A stretch of DNA of 63,552 nucleotides from a virus (IMGVR_UViG_3300050343_000084:1-63552); one strand, 5' to 3'; shown: positions 36,691 to 46,633, counted from the first letter of the stretch. Notes: a model not told the origin generated them from the sequence alone. Numbers and translations: made by a program.

Positions 36691-37227
36691 ATGACCATAA
36701 ATGACAAACTGGCAACGATCCAGACAAAATTTAAATCTAAAAAATCAAGGTTTAATTCATTCGGCAAATACTACTTCAGATCAGCCGAAGACATTCTCGA
36801 AGCAACAAAACCCTTTCTATTAGAGTTAGGAGTTAGCGTAACAATCAATGAGAAATTAACTAGCATTGAGCAATTACCTATTATGGAAACTACAGCTACA
36901 ATTTCTGATGGCGAAAATGCTATACACGCTACGGCTATTGTTGGTGTTGACCTTAATCAAAAAGGTATGCAAACACCTCAGCAGTTTGGTAGTGCGTCGA
37001 GTTATGGAAAGAAGTATGCGTTAGGTAATTTATTCCTAATAGATGACACTCAAGATAGCGATGCTACTAATAACCACGGTAAAGGTGCGAGTGCAACATT
37101 AACATCAACGAAAGATCCAGCATTTGCTAAAGCAAAGGATTATGTGCAAAAAGGCGGAAAGCTTGATGCAATTAAAAAGAAGTACAAATTAAGCGCTGAA
37201 GTTGAAAAAGCGTTAACAACACTATAA
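36691..37227 (+). CDS. ERF-family single-strand annealing protein
   Basis: FNSFGKYYFRSAEDILEA...QQFGSASSYGKKYALGNLFLIDD. Confidence 0.85.
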   Translation: MTINDKLATIQTKFKSKKSRFNSFGKYYFRSAEDILEATKPFLLELGVSVTINEKLTSIEQLPIMETTATISDGENAIHATAIVGVDLNQKGMQTPQQFGSASSYGKKYALGNLFLIDDTQDSDATNNHGKGASATLTSTKDPAFAKAKDYVQKGGKLDAIKKKYKLSAEVEKALTTL

Positions 37228-37958
37228 TGAAAAACAAAGCAGCTATTGAAAAGCTGAGGGACGATGAAAACTACTACGGCAAGTTTGGTAAACAATACTT
37301 GTCTAATAGTGATATTGGAACTTTGCTTACAAATCCTTTAGCGCTTGGTACACCACTAAAACCGTCAGCCGCATTTTTGGTTGGCGGTTACTTTCACACT
37401 GCAATACTTGAGCCCGATAAGCTTAAGAAGTATAAGATAGTTGAAAGTTCTACGCGGAATACTAAAGCGTATAAAGAGATCTCAGGCGGTGAGCTGTGTC
37501 TTCTACAAAAAGAAGTAGATCAAATTGAACTAATGACAGACAAAATGTTAGAGAACGATGTCTGCCGTGGTTTAATACGAGGTACTAAAGTAGATTACGA
37601 ACAGCCTGCGATTACAGAGTTAGAAGGTTTGCAATGGAAAGGCAAAGCGGATATTGTTAATCACGAAGAAGGTTTAATAATTGATTTAAAAACCACGGGT
37701 GATATAACAAAATTTCGCAGCTCAGCATGGCGATACAATTACGACTCACAAGCTTACATTTATAGTAAACTATTTGGTTATGAAATGTTGTTTATAGTAA
37801 TAGACAAAACAACACATCAAATAGGAATATTTGATTGCTCACCTGAATTTTATCAGCGTGGTGCGGACAAAGTTCAACAAGCGGCGGAACAATATAAATT
37901 GTTTTACCAAAACCCGGATTTCGATCCAAACAATTATTTTATTAACAAAACCCTTTAA
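37227..37958 (+). CDS. PD-(D/E)XK exonuclease (RecE/ExoVIII-like)
   Basis: G.YFHTAILEP, KGKADIV, IIDLKTT and YDSQAYIY motifs. Confidence 0.8.
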   Translation: MKNKAAIEKLRDDENYYGKFGKQYLSNSDIGTLLTNPLALGTPLKPSAAFLVGGYFHTAILEPDKLKKYKIVESSTRNTKAYKEISGGELCLLQKEVDQIELMTDKMLENDVCRGLIRGTKVDYEQPAITELEGLQWKGKADIVNHEEGLIIDLKTTGDITKFRSSAWRYNYDSQAYIYSKLFGYEMLFIVIDKTTHQIGIFDCSPEFYQRGADKVQQAAEQYKLFYQNPDFDPNNYFINKTL

Positions 37959-37961
37959 ACA

Positions 37962-38141
37962 ATGGCAAGAACCAGAAAAAACCAAACAAAAGTATGTACA
38001 GTAACAGGAATGGAAACAAGTGTAGATAACTTCTATGCTAACCAGAACCATGTAAAAGCCGTAGACAACTTAAGGCGGAATAGCGGCGCAACTAAAGATC
38101 AGTTGCAAAGAATGTTTAATCAGTTAAATCAATATGCGTAA
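37962..38141 (+). CDS. Small hypothetical protein (59 aa)
   Basis: MARTRKNQTKVCTVTGMETSVDNFYANQ...; fills the gap, TAATG-coupled to the next gene. Confidence 0.6.
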   Translation: MARTRKNQTKVCTVTGMETSVDNFYANQNHVKAVDNLRRNSGATKDQLQRMFNQLNQYA

Positions 38142-38455
38142 TGGCAAGTATAATTAAAACGAGTATCAATTTATCGGAAATCCCGGCGGATAAAATCATT
38201 ACTGGTAAGAAAGGTAAGTATTTACCTATTACAATTACTATAAATGACGAAACAGATCAGTTTGGGAATCAAGGCCCGGTAGTTGTAGCGCAATCAAAAG
38301 AAGAGCGCGAGGCTAAACAAAAGAAAACTTACTTAGGTAATGTTCAAGTTGTTTGGACTAACGGCGACAATGTTGCCGCAGCCCCAAGACAAGACCAACC
38401 AATGCAAGCTGCTCCAGTGGGGCAAGCGGCGCCTGAAGTTGATCTGCCTTTCTAA
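38141..38455 (+). CDS. Putative single-stranded DNA-binding protein
   Basis: Small beta-rich protein with flexible tail ending EVDLPF; in the replication operon. Confidence 0.65.
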   Translation: MASIIKTSINLSEIPADKIITGKKGKYLPITITINDETDQFGNQGPVVVAQSKEEREAKQKKTYLGNVQVVWTNGDNVAAAPRQDQPMQAAPVGQAAPEVDLPF

Positions 38456-38618
38456 TGCAGCAATGCGAAATATGTAATGAGGAAATGTCGCAGGAGGAAC
38501 ACGACTTCTGCGATATATGCCCTAAATGTAGAGAGGAATGGTAGATGAAAACGATTACATTAGTATCAACACAGACAACGATGGTAATGTAACATTAATA
38601 GAAGATTAATTAAATTAA

Positions 38619-40328
38619 ATGCAGACAACAGAGATCAATGGATTTGTTATTGACGAGTTCAATATACATAAGCTTGAAGAGGGCAAGGCACAGGGTATAT
38701 GTCCTGTGTGCTCCCACGATAGAAAACCCAAGAATCAAAAAGCAAAATGTGCTTCTTACGATTGGGAACGGGGTCTCGGTACTTGTCATAATTGTAATAA
38801 ATCATTTCAACTACATACGTATCAGCGCAAAGGCAAAGCCGAAAAGGTTTACGTTAAGCCGGAGCCAGTTGCTATACACAAGCCAGGTACAAAAGTAGAA
38901 GAGTGGTTTAAAACTCGTGGTATATCTCAGGAAACCCTTGCTGATCTTAAAATTAGCGAGGGCCCTGAATATATGCCTCAGACCGGTAAATCCGAGAATG
39001 TAATAAAGTTCAATTATTTTATGGGCGGCGAATTAACTAATGTTAAATACCGTGATGGAAGAAAGAACTTTAAATTATATAAGGGTGCTGAAAAGGTATT
39101 CTACAATATAGATAGCATTGTAGGTTGGGAGTATTGTATTATTGTTGAAGGTGAAATGGACGTATTAGCGTTGCATGAAGCTGGTATAACAAATGCAATA
39201 TCTGTTCCTAACGGTGCAACACTTAATACTAACAACTTAGATTATTTAGACAATTGTATAGATTATTTCGAAGACAAAGAGAAGGTTATATTGGCCGTAG
39301 ATTCAGACGAAGCTGGCCAAGCTTTGCAGACAGAGTTAATACGTAGATTAGGTTCAGAAGTATGTTACTTAGCTACATTTGACGATTGCAAAGACGCTAA
39401 TGAATATTTATTAAAATATGGAAAAGAAAAATTGGCAGAGCGTATTTCGCGAAGCAAGCCAGTACCGCTGGAGAATGTTACAACGTTCAGGGATATTGAA
39501 GACGAAGTTACCGACTTTGTTCGTAATGGCTTTAAACCAGGATTCCAAATTGGCTTACAAAATTTTGATGACATATTTTCGACTTACACTGGTCAATTTA
39601 TTACTGTCACTGGTATCCCTAGTTCCGGGAAGAGTGACTTTGTCGATCAGATGGTTGTTGGGTATAACGCTAATTACGGTTGGAAAACGGCATTCGCTTC
39701 GCCAGAAAATGTTCCAACATATTTACATGCTCATAAGCTAATGCGTAAAACTTGGCAAGGCATGCCGAGTAGAGATGATATTGGTACTGATCGATGGAAT
39801 CAAGTGGCGGATCATTGTAACACTAATTACTTTCATATAGATATGGAACGCTACACATTAGAATCTGTATTAAAGAAAGGTGCTGAGCTTGTTAAACGTA
39901 AAGGTATTAAATGTTTAGTTATAGATCCATATAATAAGGTTAGAGACGTTGATTGTAAAACAGAAGACGTTAATCGTTATACTATGGAGTACTTAACTAA
40001 GATTGAAATCTTTGCTAAGAAGTATGATGTGCTAGTTTTTATTGTAGCACACCCAACTAAGATGTACAAAGATGGCAATGGCAAAATTGAAGAGCCATCA
40101 ATGTATAATATTAAAGGTGGTGGCGAATGGTACGATGCTAGTTATCATGGGCTATTAGTCCACAGAGATTATGAAGCTAAAACTGTTAAAGCTAAAGTTC
40201 TTAAAGTTAAGTTTCAAAACTTAGGCGAGAATGGGGCTGAAGCTCATTTTAAATGGGAACCAAAGTCTGGTTGTTTTATTCCTCACGAGCAAGTTAATCT
40301 TGCTGGCGAGAAAATGCCCTGGGAATAA
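38619..40328 (+). CDS. Primase-helicase (T7 gp4/Twinkle-like)
   Basis: Zn finger CPVC...CHNC, TOPRIM EGEMD and DSDEAG, Walker A GIPSSGKS, VIDPYN, VAHP. Confidence 0.93.
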   Translation: MQTTEINGFVIDEFNIHKLEEGKAQGICPVCSHDRKPKNQKAKCASYDWERGLGTCHNCNKSFQLHTYQRKGKAEKVYVKPEPVAIHKPGTKVEEWFKTRGISQETLADLKISEGPEYMPQTGKSENVIKFNYFMGGELTNVKYRDGRKNFKLYKGAEKVFYNIDSIVGWEYCIIVEGEMDVLALHEAGITNAISVPNGATLNTNNLDYLDNCIDYFEDKEKVILAVDSDEAGQALQTELIRRLGSEVCYLATFDDCKDANEYLLKYGKEKLAERISRSKPVPLENVTTFRDIEDEVTDFVRNGFKPGFQIGLQNFDDIFSTYTGQFITVTGIPSSGKSDFVDQMVVGYNANYGWKTAFASPENVPTYLHAHKLMRKTWQGMPSRDDIGTDRWNQVADHCNTNYFHIDMERYTLESVLKKGAELVKRKGIKCLVIDPYNKVRDVDCKTEDVNRYTMEYLTKIEIFAKKYDVLVFIVAHPTKMYKDGNGKIEEPSMYNIKGGGEWYDASYHGLLVHRDYEAKTVKAKVLKVKFQNLGENGAEAHFKWEPKSGCFIPHEQVNLAGEKMPWE

Positions 40329-40606
40329 TGCCAAGTTTATATGGCAAACGGGTGAAACCAATGCCAAGTTATACGTATAATGAAGAGGAGTTTAAGTGGT
40401 ATAGCTTTTGTGTTAAAAACAATATAAGAATATCACCTTACGGTATACAAGGCGATACAGAGCATTGGCATATAGCAATTAGCTTAGGCCCTTACAAAAA
40501 ATGGGAAAAGCCACACTTGTCACCCAGCAAGTATTGTAGAAAAACAATTTGGCCAGAATACTATAAAATGTGTAAATACTATTATGAGAAATACAATAAT
40601 AAATAA
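40328..40606 (+). CDS. Hypothetical protein
   Basis: 92 aa, translationally coupled. Confidence 0.6.
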   Translation: MPSLYGKRVKPMPSYTYNEEEFKWYSFCVKNNIRISPYGIQGDTEHWHIAISLGPYKKWEKPHLSPSKYCRKTIWPEYYKMCKYYYEKYNNK

Positions 40607-41393
40607 CGATCCCAAATACGCAGAAGCGGATTATGAATTACAATACAGGGATTTATTACTAGACGTAATGGAAAATCATGTAATACGTGACAACGAAAGA
40701 ACTGGAGTTGGCTGCGCATCTACATTTTCTTTAGATATTGATATTGATATATCTAAGCATTTTCCTATATTAAGCGGGCGCAAAATGTTTCCGCATATAT
40801 TTAAATCAGAGTTTAAATGGTTTATCAACGGCGAAACAAATATTAAAACGTTACAGGAAGCTGGTAATAAAATATGGAATGAATGGGCAGATGAGAATGG
40901 AGACTTAGGTCCTGTTTATGGTCATCAGCTTAGAAACTTTAATAGCCAAGGATATGATCAATTAGAGGCTGTAATAAAGAATATAAACGAGAAGCCTGAC
41001 AGTAGACGTCATGTAGTAAGTTTATGGAATCCAGCACAGCTTGAAGAAATGGCTTTGCCTCCTTGCTATTTGTACTTCCAGTTTTTTGTTGAGAAGAACA
41101 ACCTGCATATGTTTGCTCTGCAAAGAAGCGCAGATATATTTCTTGGTGTGCCGTACGATATGGCTTTGTACTCTCAAATTTTGCTATACATAGCTGAGAA
41201 AACGGGTTATAATGCAAAGCGTGTAAACGTTAAGTTTATTGACGCTCACATATATAAGAATCAACAAGAAGCAGTTGAGCAGTACTTAGATGAAGATTTT
41301 AACGGCGCTCCTACATATGCTTTTCACAATGGATTATTAACCTTAAATAATTATCAGCCAGGCAAAGTGATTACTGCGCCAGTAGCTGTTTAA
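40584..41393 (+). CDS. thyA: Thymidylate synthase (ThyA) family enzyme with Asn-to-Asp specificity change; possible dCMP methylase/hydroxymethylase
   Basis: RTGVG, IWNEWA, LGPVYG, DSRR, LPPCY, QRSADIFLGVPYD and DAHIY motifs. Confidence 0.9.
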   Translation: MRNTIINNDPKYAEADYELQYRDLLLDVMENHVIRDNERTGVGCASTFSLDIDIDISKHFPILSGRKMFPHIFKSEFKWFINGETNIKTLQEAGNKIWNEWADENGDLGPVYGHQLRNFNSQGYDQLEAVIKNINEKPDSRRHVVSLWNPAQLEEMALPPCYLYFQFFVEKNNLHMFALQRSADIFLGVPYDMALYSQILLYIAEKTGYNAKRVNVKFIDAHIYKNQQEAVEQYLDEDFNGAPTYAFHNGLLTLNNYQPGKVITAPVAV

Positions 41394-41397
41394 AACT

Positions 41398-42171
41398 ATG
41401 TATAACATTTATCATATTCCTGGTAAAAAGATCGGAGTTACACGTGATCTTAATAAGAGGGTTACGGAGCAGCAAGGTTATGCGCCAGGCGAATACGAAG
41501 TTTTATTTACGAGTGATGATATTAATTTAATATCTAACAAAGAGATAGAACTTCAACAGTCTTATGGCTACAGAAAAGACAGAACATTATATAAAAATTT
41601 ATTTAAATCAAATATGAGAATAAACCCGACAGAACAAACAAGTACGTTTCCAGTACCTATAACAAAGCTTAAAGGCAATCTTATGGACAACATAGGATTA
41701 GAATGGGAAACGCCAGAGTATAAATTTAAATTAGAAAAAGAACATGTACCCTGGATAATGCAGAACGCAAGAACCTCGATGTTTAATGATGATCGAAGCT
41801 ATATATATAATAAGGCTTTCTATGAGGCCTTTTTTAATCTAAAGCATAATCCAAAGGCAACGGCATTAAACAGCGCCAGATTTGATTTAATACGCGATTG
41901 GGCCGCTGTAAGGGGTATATATGACAACGGCGATGGCAAGACGCAATACGTGAAGCTTATGGAAGAAGCAGGCGAGTTGGCTAAAGCTTTATTAACTAAA
42001 GATAAACCTGAAATAAAAGATGCTATTGGCGATATGATTGTAGTTCTTACTAACTTAGCGCATCTTGAAGGTTTTGAAGTTGAGGATTGTATTGACTCAG
42101 CTTATCAAGAAATAGCCGCTAGAACAGGTAAAATGATTAACGGTACATTTGTTAAAACAGAATCATTATGA
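41398..42171 (+). CDS. Fusion of a GIY-YIG-like N-terminus and a MazG-like NTP pyrophosphohydrolase
   Basis: MYNIYHIPGKKIGVTRDLNKR; C-terminal KLMEEAGELA...DAIGDMIVVL...AYQEIAARTG. Confidence 0.75.
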   Translation: MYNIYHIPGKKIGVTRDLNKRVTEQQGYAPGEYEVLFTSDDINLISNKEIELQQSYGYRKDRTLYKNLFKSNMRINPTEQTSTFPVPITKLKGNLMDNIGLEWETPEYKFKLEKEHVPWIMQNARTSMFNDDRSYIYNKAFYEAFFNLKHNPKATALNSARFDLIRDWAAVRGIYDNGDGKTQYVKLMEEAGELAKALLTKDKPEIKDAIGDMIVVLTNLAHLEGFEVEDCIDSAYQEIAARTGKMINGTFVKTESL

Positions 42172-42431
42172 ATAAAAAACAAATAGAGTTTAGAGACCCA
42201 GTTGTTGAACGCGTTGTTGATAAGTTTGTATCAAGATCAGACGTTGGCTTTGCAAAGTACGGCGTAACGCTTAACGATGACAAATCAAATTTGTTTGCTT
42301 GGATTAATCACTTACAAGAAGAACTAATGGACGCTGTGCTATACATGCAAAAATTAAAAGAATCTAGTACAGAAGAGATGCAAGAAGCTTTGCTAAGAAA
42401 TATAGAGATCCATGAGGAGACAACCGTATAA
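42168..42431 (+). CDS. Small all-alpha protein, possible nucleotide pyrophosphohydrolase-like
   Basis: RSDVGFAKYGVTL...WINHLQEELMDAVLY. Confidence 0.5.
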   Translation: MNKKQIEFRDPVVERVVDKFVSRSDVGFAKYGVTLNDDKSNLFAWINHLQEELMDAVLYMQKLKESSTEEMQEALLRNIEIHEETTV

Positions 42432-42873
42432 AAGAAAAAGTAAAAAGCGAGGGCCAGTACAAGCAAAGAAGGTGTCATATGATGGCATCAACTTTGCTTC
42501 AGGGCTTGAGCGCTATATGTATATGGCTTTGAAAAAAGCAAAAATCAAAGCTAAGTACGAAGGGGAAACATTTGTTTTACTTGCTGGTTTTCATTTTGAA
42601 AACGAGGTTTACGAAAGACAAGCTAATGGCAAAGGTGATTACAAAAACAGGGGGTGCAAGCGCATACTACCTATTAAGTACACGCCTGATTTCATTGGTG
42701 AAGATTTCATAATAGAAACAAAAGGCAGAGCTAATGAATCATTCCCTATGCGTTGGAAGTTGTTTAAAAGATTAGTGATGACGCAGTTTCCAAATGTAAC
42801 ATTATACAAACCACAAAATCAAAAAGAATGCGACGAAACAATTCGCCTAATCCTTTCGAAGCGAAAAGGATAG
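42412..42873 (+). CDS. PD-(D/E)XK endonuclease (T7 endonuclease I-like resolvase)
   Basis: FASGLE...YEG...YTPDF...IIETKG. Confidence 0.75.
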   Translation: MRRQPYKRKSKKRGPVQAKKVSYDGINFASGLERYMYMALKKAKIKAKYEGETFVLLAGFHFENEVYERQANGKGDYKNRGCKRILPIKYTPDFIGEDFIIETKGRANESFPMRWKLFKRLVMTQFPNVTLYKPQNQKECDETIRLILSKRKG

Positions 42874-43001
42874 CCAGGCAAAAGTACGCTGAGCGTCAAA
42901 TTGATAAGTTTGTCAAATGGAGTTGGGACGTACGAGGCAAAGTAAAATACAAAGAATTAGTAGAAATAATGGATAAACACAATATAAAAGTATATGGATA
43001 A
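42828..43001 (+). CDS. Small hypothetical protein (57 aa)
   Basis: MRRNNSPNPFEAKRIARQKYAERQIDKFVKWSW..., translated by hand. Confidence 0.45.
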   Translation: MRRNNSPNPFEAKRIARQKYAERQIDKFVKWSWDVRGKVKYKELVEIMDKHNIKVYG

Positions 43002-43143
43002 ACAAGACAAGCCTGAGTGGGCTTTATCCTTTGGGTTATACCCAGGGATATTAATAGGTATGAGAACTTATGAGGAAGAAAAGCAAACGGCATATGTTTT
43101 TTATTTGCCATTTGTGGATATAGCATTGGAGTTTTATAAGTAA
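42994..43143 (+). CDS. Small hypothetical protein (49 aa)
   Basis: MDKQDKPEWALSFGLYPGILIGMRTY...YLPFVDIALEFYK; TAATG-coupled to nrdB. Confidence 0.55.
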   Translation: MDKQDKPEWALSFGLYPGILIGMRTYEEEKQTAYVFYLPFVDIALEFYK

Positions 43144-44111
43144 TGGGATTGTTTGATGAGCGCATAGCGTATAAACCGTTTGAGTACCCTGAGTACTACA
43201 CAGAAGGTTGGCTTAAGCAAGCACAGGCATTTTGGTTACACACTGAAATACCAATGCAAGGCGATATAAAAGACTGGAAAGAAAAATTAACACCAGAAGA
43301 AAAGAATCTAGTAGGTAATATACTATTAGGTTTTGCACAAACCGAATGTGCTGTTTCAGATTACTGGACACAAAAAGTGGTATCATGGTTTCCTAAACAC
43401 GAAATACAGCAAATGGCTATGATGTTCGGATCACAAGAAACAATACATGCTGTAGCGTATAGTTATTTAAATGAAACACTTGGTCTTGAAAATTATGAAG
43501 CCTTTCTCCATGAGCCTGCAACTGCTGAAAGGTTTGATAACCTGGTTAGTTATGGCGGGACAAGCTCTATTGGTATTGGCAAGTCTCTTGCTGTTTTTAG
43601 CGCTTTTGCTGAGGGGGTTAGTTTATATTCTGCTTTTGCTGTTCTCTATTCTTTTCAATTAAGAAACTTATTGAAAGGTATAGGCCAACAAATGAAGTGG
43701 AGTGTGCGAGACGAATCTTTACACAGCAAAATGGGTTGTAAGTTGTTTCGCGATATGTGCAGTGAAAATAATCAATTATTAGAATTATGTCGAGAAGATA
43801 TAATTAAAGCTGCTGAAACAATGGTAAAACTTGAGGGTAAGTATATAGATAAAATGTTTGAGATGGGTGACATTGAAGGCATTAAAGCAAATGATTTAAA
43901 ACACTTTATAAAGAAAAGAACAAATGAAAAACTGGTGGAACTTGGTTATGTTGACCTTGGCTCGTACTTCCCGTATGACAAAGATGCAGCGGCTAATCTT
44001 GATTGGTTCTATCATCTTACCGGCGGGGTCACTCATACTGATTTTTTCGCGGTTCGGCCGACGGACTATTCGAAAGCTGGTGAAGGCGAAGACTTCGAGG
44101 ACATTTGGTAA
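43143..44111 (+). CDS. nrdB: Ribonucleotide reductase class I beta subunit
   Basis: FWLHTE, QETIHAVAYS (radical Tyr), EGVSLYSAF, RDESLH, TDFF. Confidence 0.95.
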   Translation: MGLFDERIAYKPFEYPEYYTEGWLKQAQAFWLHTEIPMQGDIKDWKEKLTPEEKNLVGNILLGFAQTECAVSDYWTQKVVSWFPKHEIQQMAMMFGSQETIHAVAYSYLNETLGLENYEAFLHEPATAERFDNLVSYGGTSSIGIGKSLAVFSAFAEGVSLYSAFAVLYSFQLRNLLKGIGQQMKWSVRDESLHSKMGCKLFRDMCSENNQLLELCREDIIKAAETMVKLEGKYIDKMFEMGDIEGIKANDLKHFIKKRTNEKLVELGYVDLGSYFPYDKDAAANLDWFYHLTGGVTHTDFFAVRPTDYSKAGEGEDFEDIW

Positions 44112-44134
44112 TTTAATAACCGAAGAAGAAATAT

Positions 44135-44407
44135 ATGAAGACCTCTACGACAAAGCGTAGTTTATTAAAAGCGCTTGTAAGACAAAGAAGATTAAAGCCT
44201 CACGAGAGGATAGCAAATAGGTTAGGATATATGGGGACTGGATTTATGATGACAGCTCCCCACCTCCTACCAGATCCGACCGGCATAGTAATATACATTA
44301 TTGCTGGTGTAATATCAATACCGCAGGTATTTGTTGCAAAGCAATGGAACTTAGTAGCGGTTAATTTAAACGTAGCAATAGCCTACACAATACTATACTT
44401 TACATAA
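44135..44407 (+). CDS. Small membrane protein between nrdB and nrdA
   Basis: Two to three hydrophobic segments. Confidence 0.55.
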   Translation: MKTSTTKRSLLKALVRQRRLKPHERIANRLGYMGTGFMMTAPHLLPDPTGIVIYIIAGVISIPQVFVAKQWNLVAVNLNVAIAYTILYFT

Positions 44408-46125
44408 TGTGGAATGAAAACTGGAAAAAAGGTGAGGATTACCCGGCGTGGGGTAATAACGACGTATACAAGAAAACTATATCCGGGGGATATTTATTGT
44501 ACGACGAATCACCGAGAGACGCTTACATGCGGGTTGCTAAGACAGTTGCTCGCAGATTATATAAGCCAGAAATGGCGGAAACTTTTTTTGAATATATCTG
44601 GAACGGTTGGTTATGCTTGGCTTCGCCGGTTCTTAGTAACACTGGTACCGATCGCGGTTTGCCTATTAGTTGCTTTGGCATTGATGTTGCTGACTCGATA
44701 CAAGATATAGGGCAAAAGAATTTAGAGATGATGCTACTCGCTAAGCACGGCGGTGGAGTTGGCATCGGTGTAAATCAAATCAGACCCGCCGGCGCTAAAA
44801 TTACAGGAAATGGAACATCAGATGGAGTTGTCCCCTTTTGCAAAATCTACGACTCAACTATCCTCGCGACTAATCAAGGCTCTGTTCGCAGAGGCGCAGC
44901 ATCAGTCAACATCAATATTGAACACGACGATTTTGAAGAGTGGCTTGAAATTAGAGAACCAAAAGGCGACGTTAACAGACAGTCACTCAACCTTCATCAA
45001 TGCGCAGTTGTTGGTGATAAGTTTATGCGACGCCTTGAACAAGGAGATTCGGAAGCGCGGACTAGATGGAGTAAACTTATTAGAAAACGAAAAGCAACTG
45101 GAGAACCGTATATACTGTTTAAAGGAAATACTAACAAAGCAAATCCGAAAGCATACAAAGACAACGGATTAAAAGTACATATGACAAATATCTGTAGTGA
45201 GATTACATTACACACAGATGAGAGTCATAGTTTTGTTTGTTGCTTATCATCATTAAATTTAGCTAAATATGAAGAATGGAAAGGTACTAACCTTATATAC
45301 GACGCCACGTGGTTTCTTGACGGCGTTATGGAGGAATTTATTCAAAGAGCCAAAGGACTTAGAGGTTTTGAAAATGCCGTTCGTTCTGCTTCAAAGGGAC
45401 GAGCGCTTGGATTGGGTGTACTCGGATGGCACACGTATCTCCAAGAAAAGGGAATTCCTTTTGAAGGTTTACTTGCTCAATTTGAAACTAGGAAAATATT
45501 TTCGCAAATCAAAATCGAAAGCGAACGAGCATCTATGGACCTTGCGGAAATTTACGGCGAACCTCTTTGGTGTGCTGGCACTGGTTATCGTAACACCCAT
45601 CTTAGGGCTGTTGCTCCTACTGTGTCTAATAGTAAGCTTAGCGGTAACGTTAGTCCTGGCATTGAGCCTTGGGCCGCTAATGTTTTCACGGAACAAAGTG
45701 CGAAGGGTACGTTCATTAGGAAGAACCCCACACTTGTAAAGCTTCTTAGAAAACATAAGTTAAATACAAATGAAATATGGGATAAGATACTTGCTGATGG
45801 CGGGAGTGTACAAGATATTAAAGAGCTAGATGAAGTAATGCTAGCGCATGACATACCAGCTAAAGAAGTATTTAAAACCTTTAAAGAAATAAACCAACTA
45901 GAGCTAGTGAATCAAGCAGGCATACGCCAGCAGTACATAGATCAGTCGGTTAGTTTGAATCTCGCTTTCCCAAGTGTTGCTACGCCAAAATGGATTAACC
46001 AGGTGCATATGCAAGCATGGAAGAACGGAATAAAGACTTTGTATTATACTAGAACAGAGAGTGTTCTACGCGGAGATATAGCACAACAAGCTATGGATCC
46101 TGAATGTGCTGCCTGTGATGGTTAG
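44407..46125 (+). CDS. nrdA: Ribonucleotide reductase class I alpha subunit (no ATP cone)
   Basis: PISCF, GGGVG, RRGA, TNICSEI, VCCLSS, APTVS, KTLYY and C-terminal CAAC. Confidence 0.95.
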   Translation: MWNENWKKGEDYPAWGNNDVYKKTISGGYLLYDESPRDAYMRVAKTVARRLYKPEMAETFFEYIWNGWLCLASPVLSNTGTDRGLPISCFGIDVADSIQDIGQKNLEMMLLAKHGGGVGIGVNQIRPAGAKITGNGTSDGVVPFCKIYDSTILATNQGSVRRGAASVNINIEHDDFEEWLEIREPKGDVNRQSLNLHQCAVVGDKFMRRLEQGDSEARTRWSKLIRKRKATGEPYILFKGNTNKANPKAYKDNGLKVHMTNICSEITLHTDESHSFVCCLSSLNLAKYEEWKGTNLIYDATWFLDGVMEEFIQRAKGLRGFENAVRSASKGRALGLGVLGWHTYLQEKGIPFEGLLAQFETRKIFSQIKIESERASMDLAEIYGEPLWCAGTGYRNTHLRAVAPTVSNSKLSGNVSPGIEPWAANVFTEQSAKGTFIRKNPTLVKLLRKHKLNTNEIWDKILADGGSVQDIKELDEVMLAHDIPAKEVFKTFKEINQLELVNQAGIRQQYIDQSVSLNLAFPSVATPKWINQVHMQAWKNGIKTLYYTRTESVLRGDIAQQAMDPECAACDG

Positions 46126-46478
46126 TACGTCCAAATAACGTTAGGTGATTTATCAGGGTCGACATCAATGTGGATAAAAGTATCTGCGATGCCGATCCTG
46201 TTTATACCTAAGTCTAAGAATATATCAATAAGCTCAAATCTATCTTTTGATTTGCGACAATCAATATCAGCAGCTAAACCTTTTAGGTGGGAAGACTTCT
46301 CAGTTCCACCAACATAATCATTATGCTGCGGCGTACGATACCCAGAATTTATATTAATAGGTTTATCAAAGCGATCTCTCGCTTGATCTAGTATTTGTAA
46401 AAAATCCCTATCCATCATCTGCCCAGAGCCCTGCACATCGGGACTATCAAATTCTGAATAATTAAAATACTTCATCAT
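46122..46478 (-). CDS. Peptidase M15 family endolysin
   Basis: INSGYRT..HN..VGG...SSHLKGLAADI...FIHID. Confidence 0.88.
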   Translation of the reverse strand: MMKYFNYSEFDSPDVQGSGQMMDRDFLQILDQARDRFDKPININSGYRTPQHNDYVGGTEKSSHLKGLAADIDCRKSKDRFELIDIFLDLGINRIGIADTFIHIDVDPDKSPNVIWTY

Positions 46479-46633
46479 TACTTTTTCTTTTTAATGTCTT
46501 TCCATTTCGCTATGGTATATCCAATAGTCACTAAGAGCAGCATTATTTTTAAACCATCTTCTATTTGTGTAAAAGTGGTGAGACCAAGTGTACTGCCGTT
46601 TATAGCGTATAATTTTAGTTCTTGTAAACTCAT
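46478..46633 (-). CDS. Small holin-like membrane protein (51 aa)
   Basis: MSLQELKLYAINGSTLGLTTFTQIEDGLKIMLLLVTIGYTIAKWKDIKKKK; directly upstream of the endolysin. Confidence 0.6.
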   Translation of the reverse strand: MSLQELKLYAINGSTLGLTTFTQIEDGLKIMLLLVTIGYTIAKWKDIKKKK

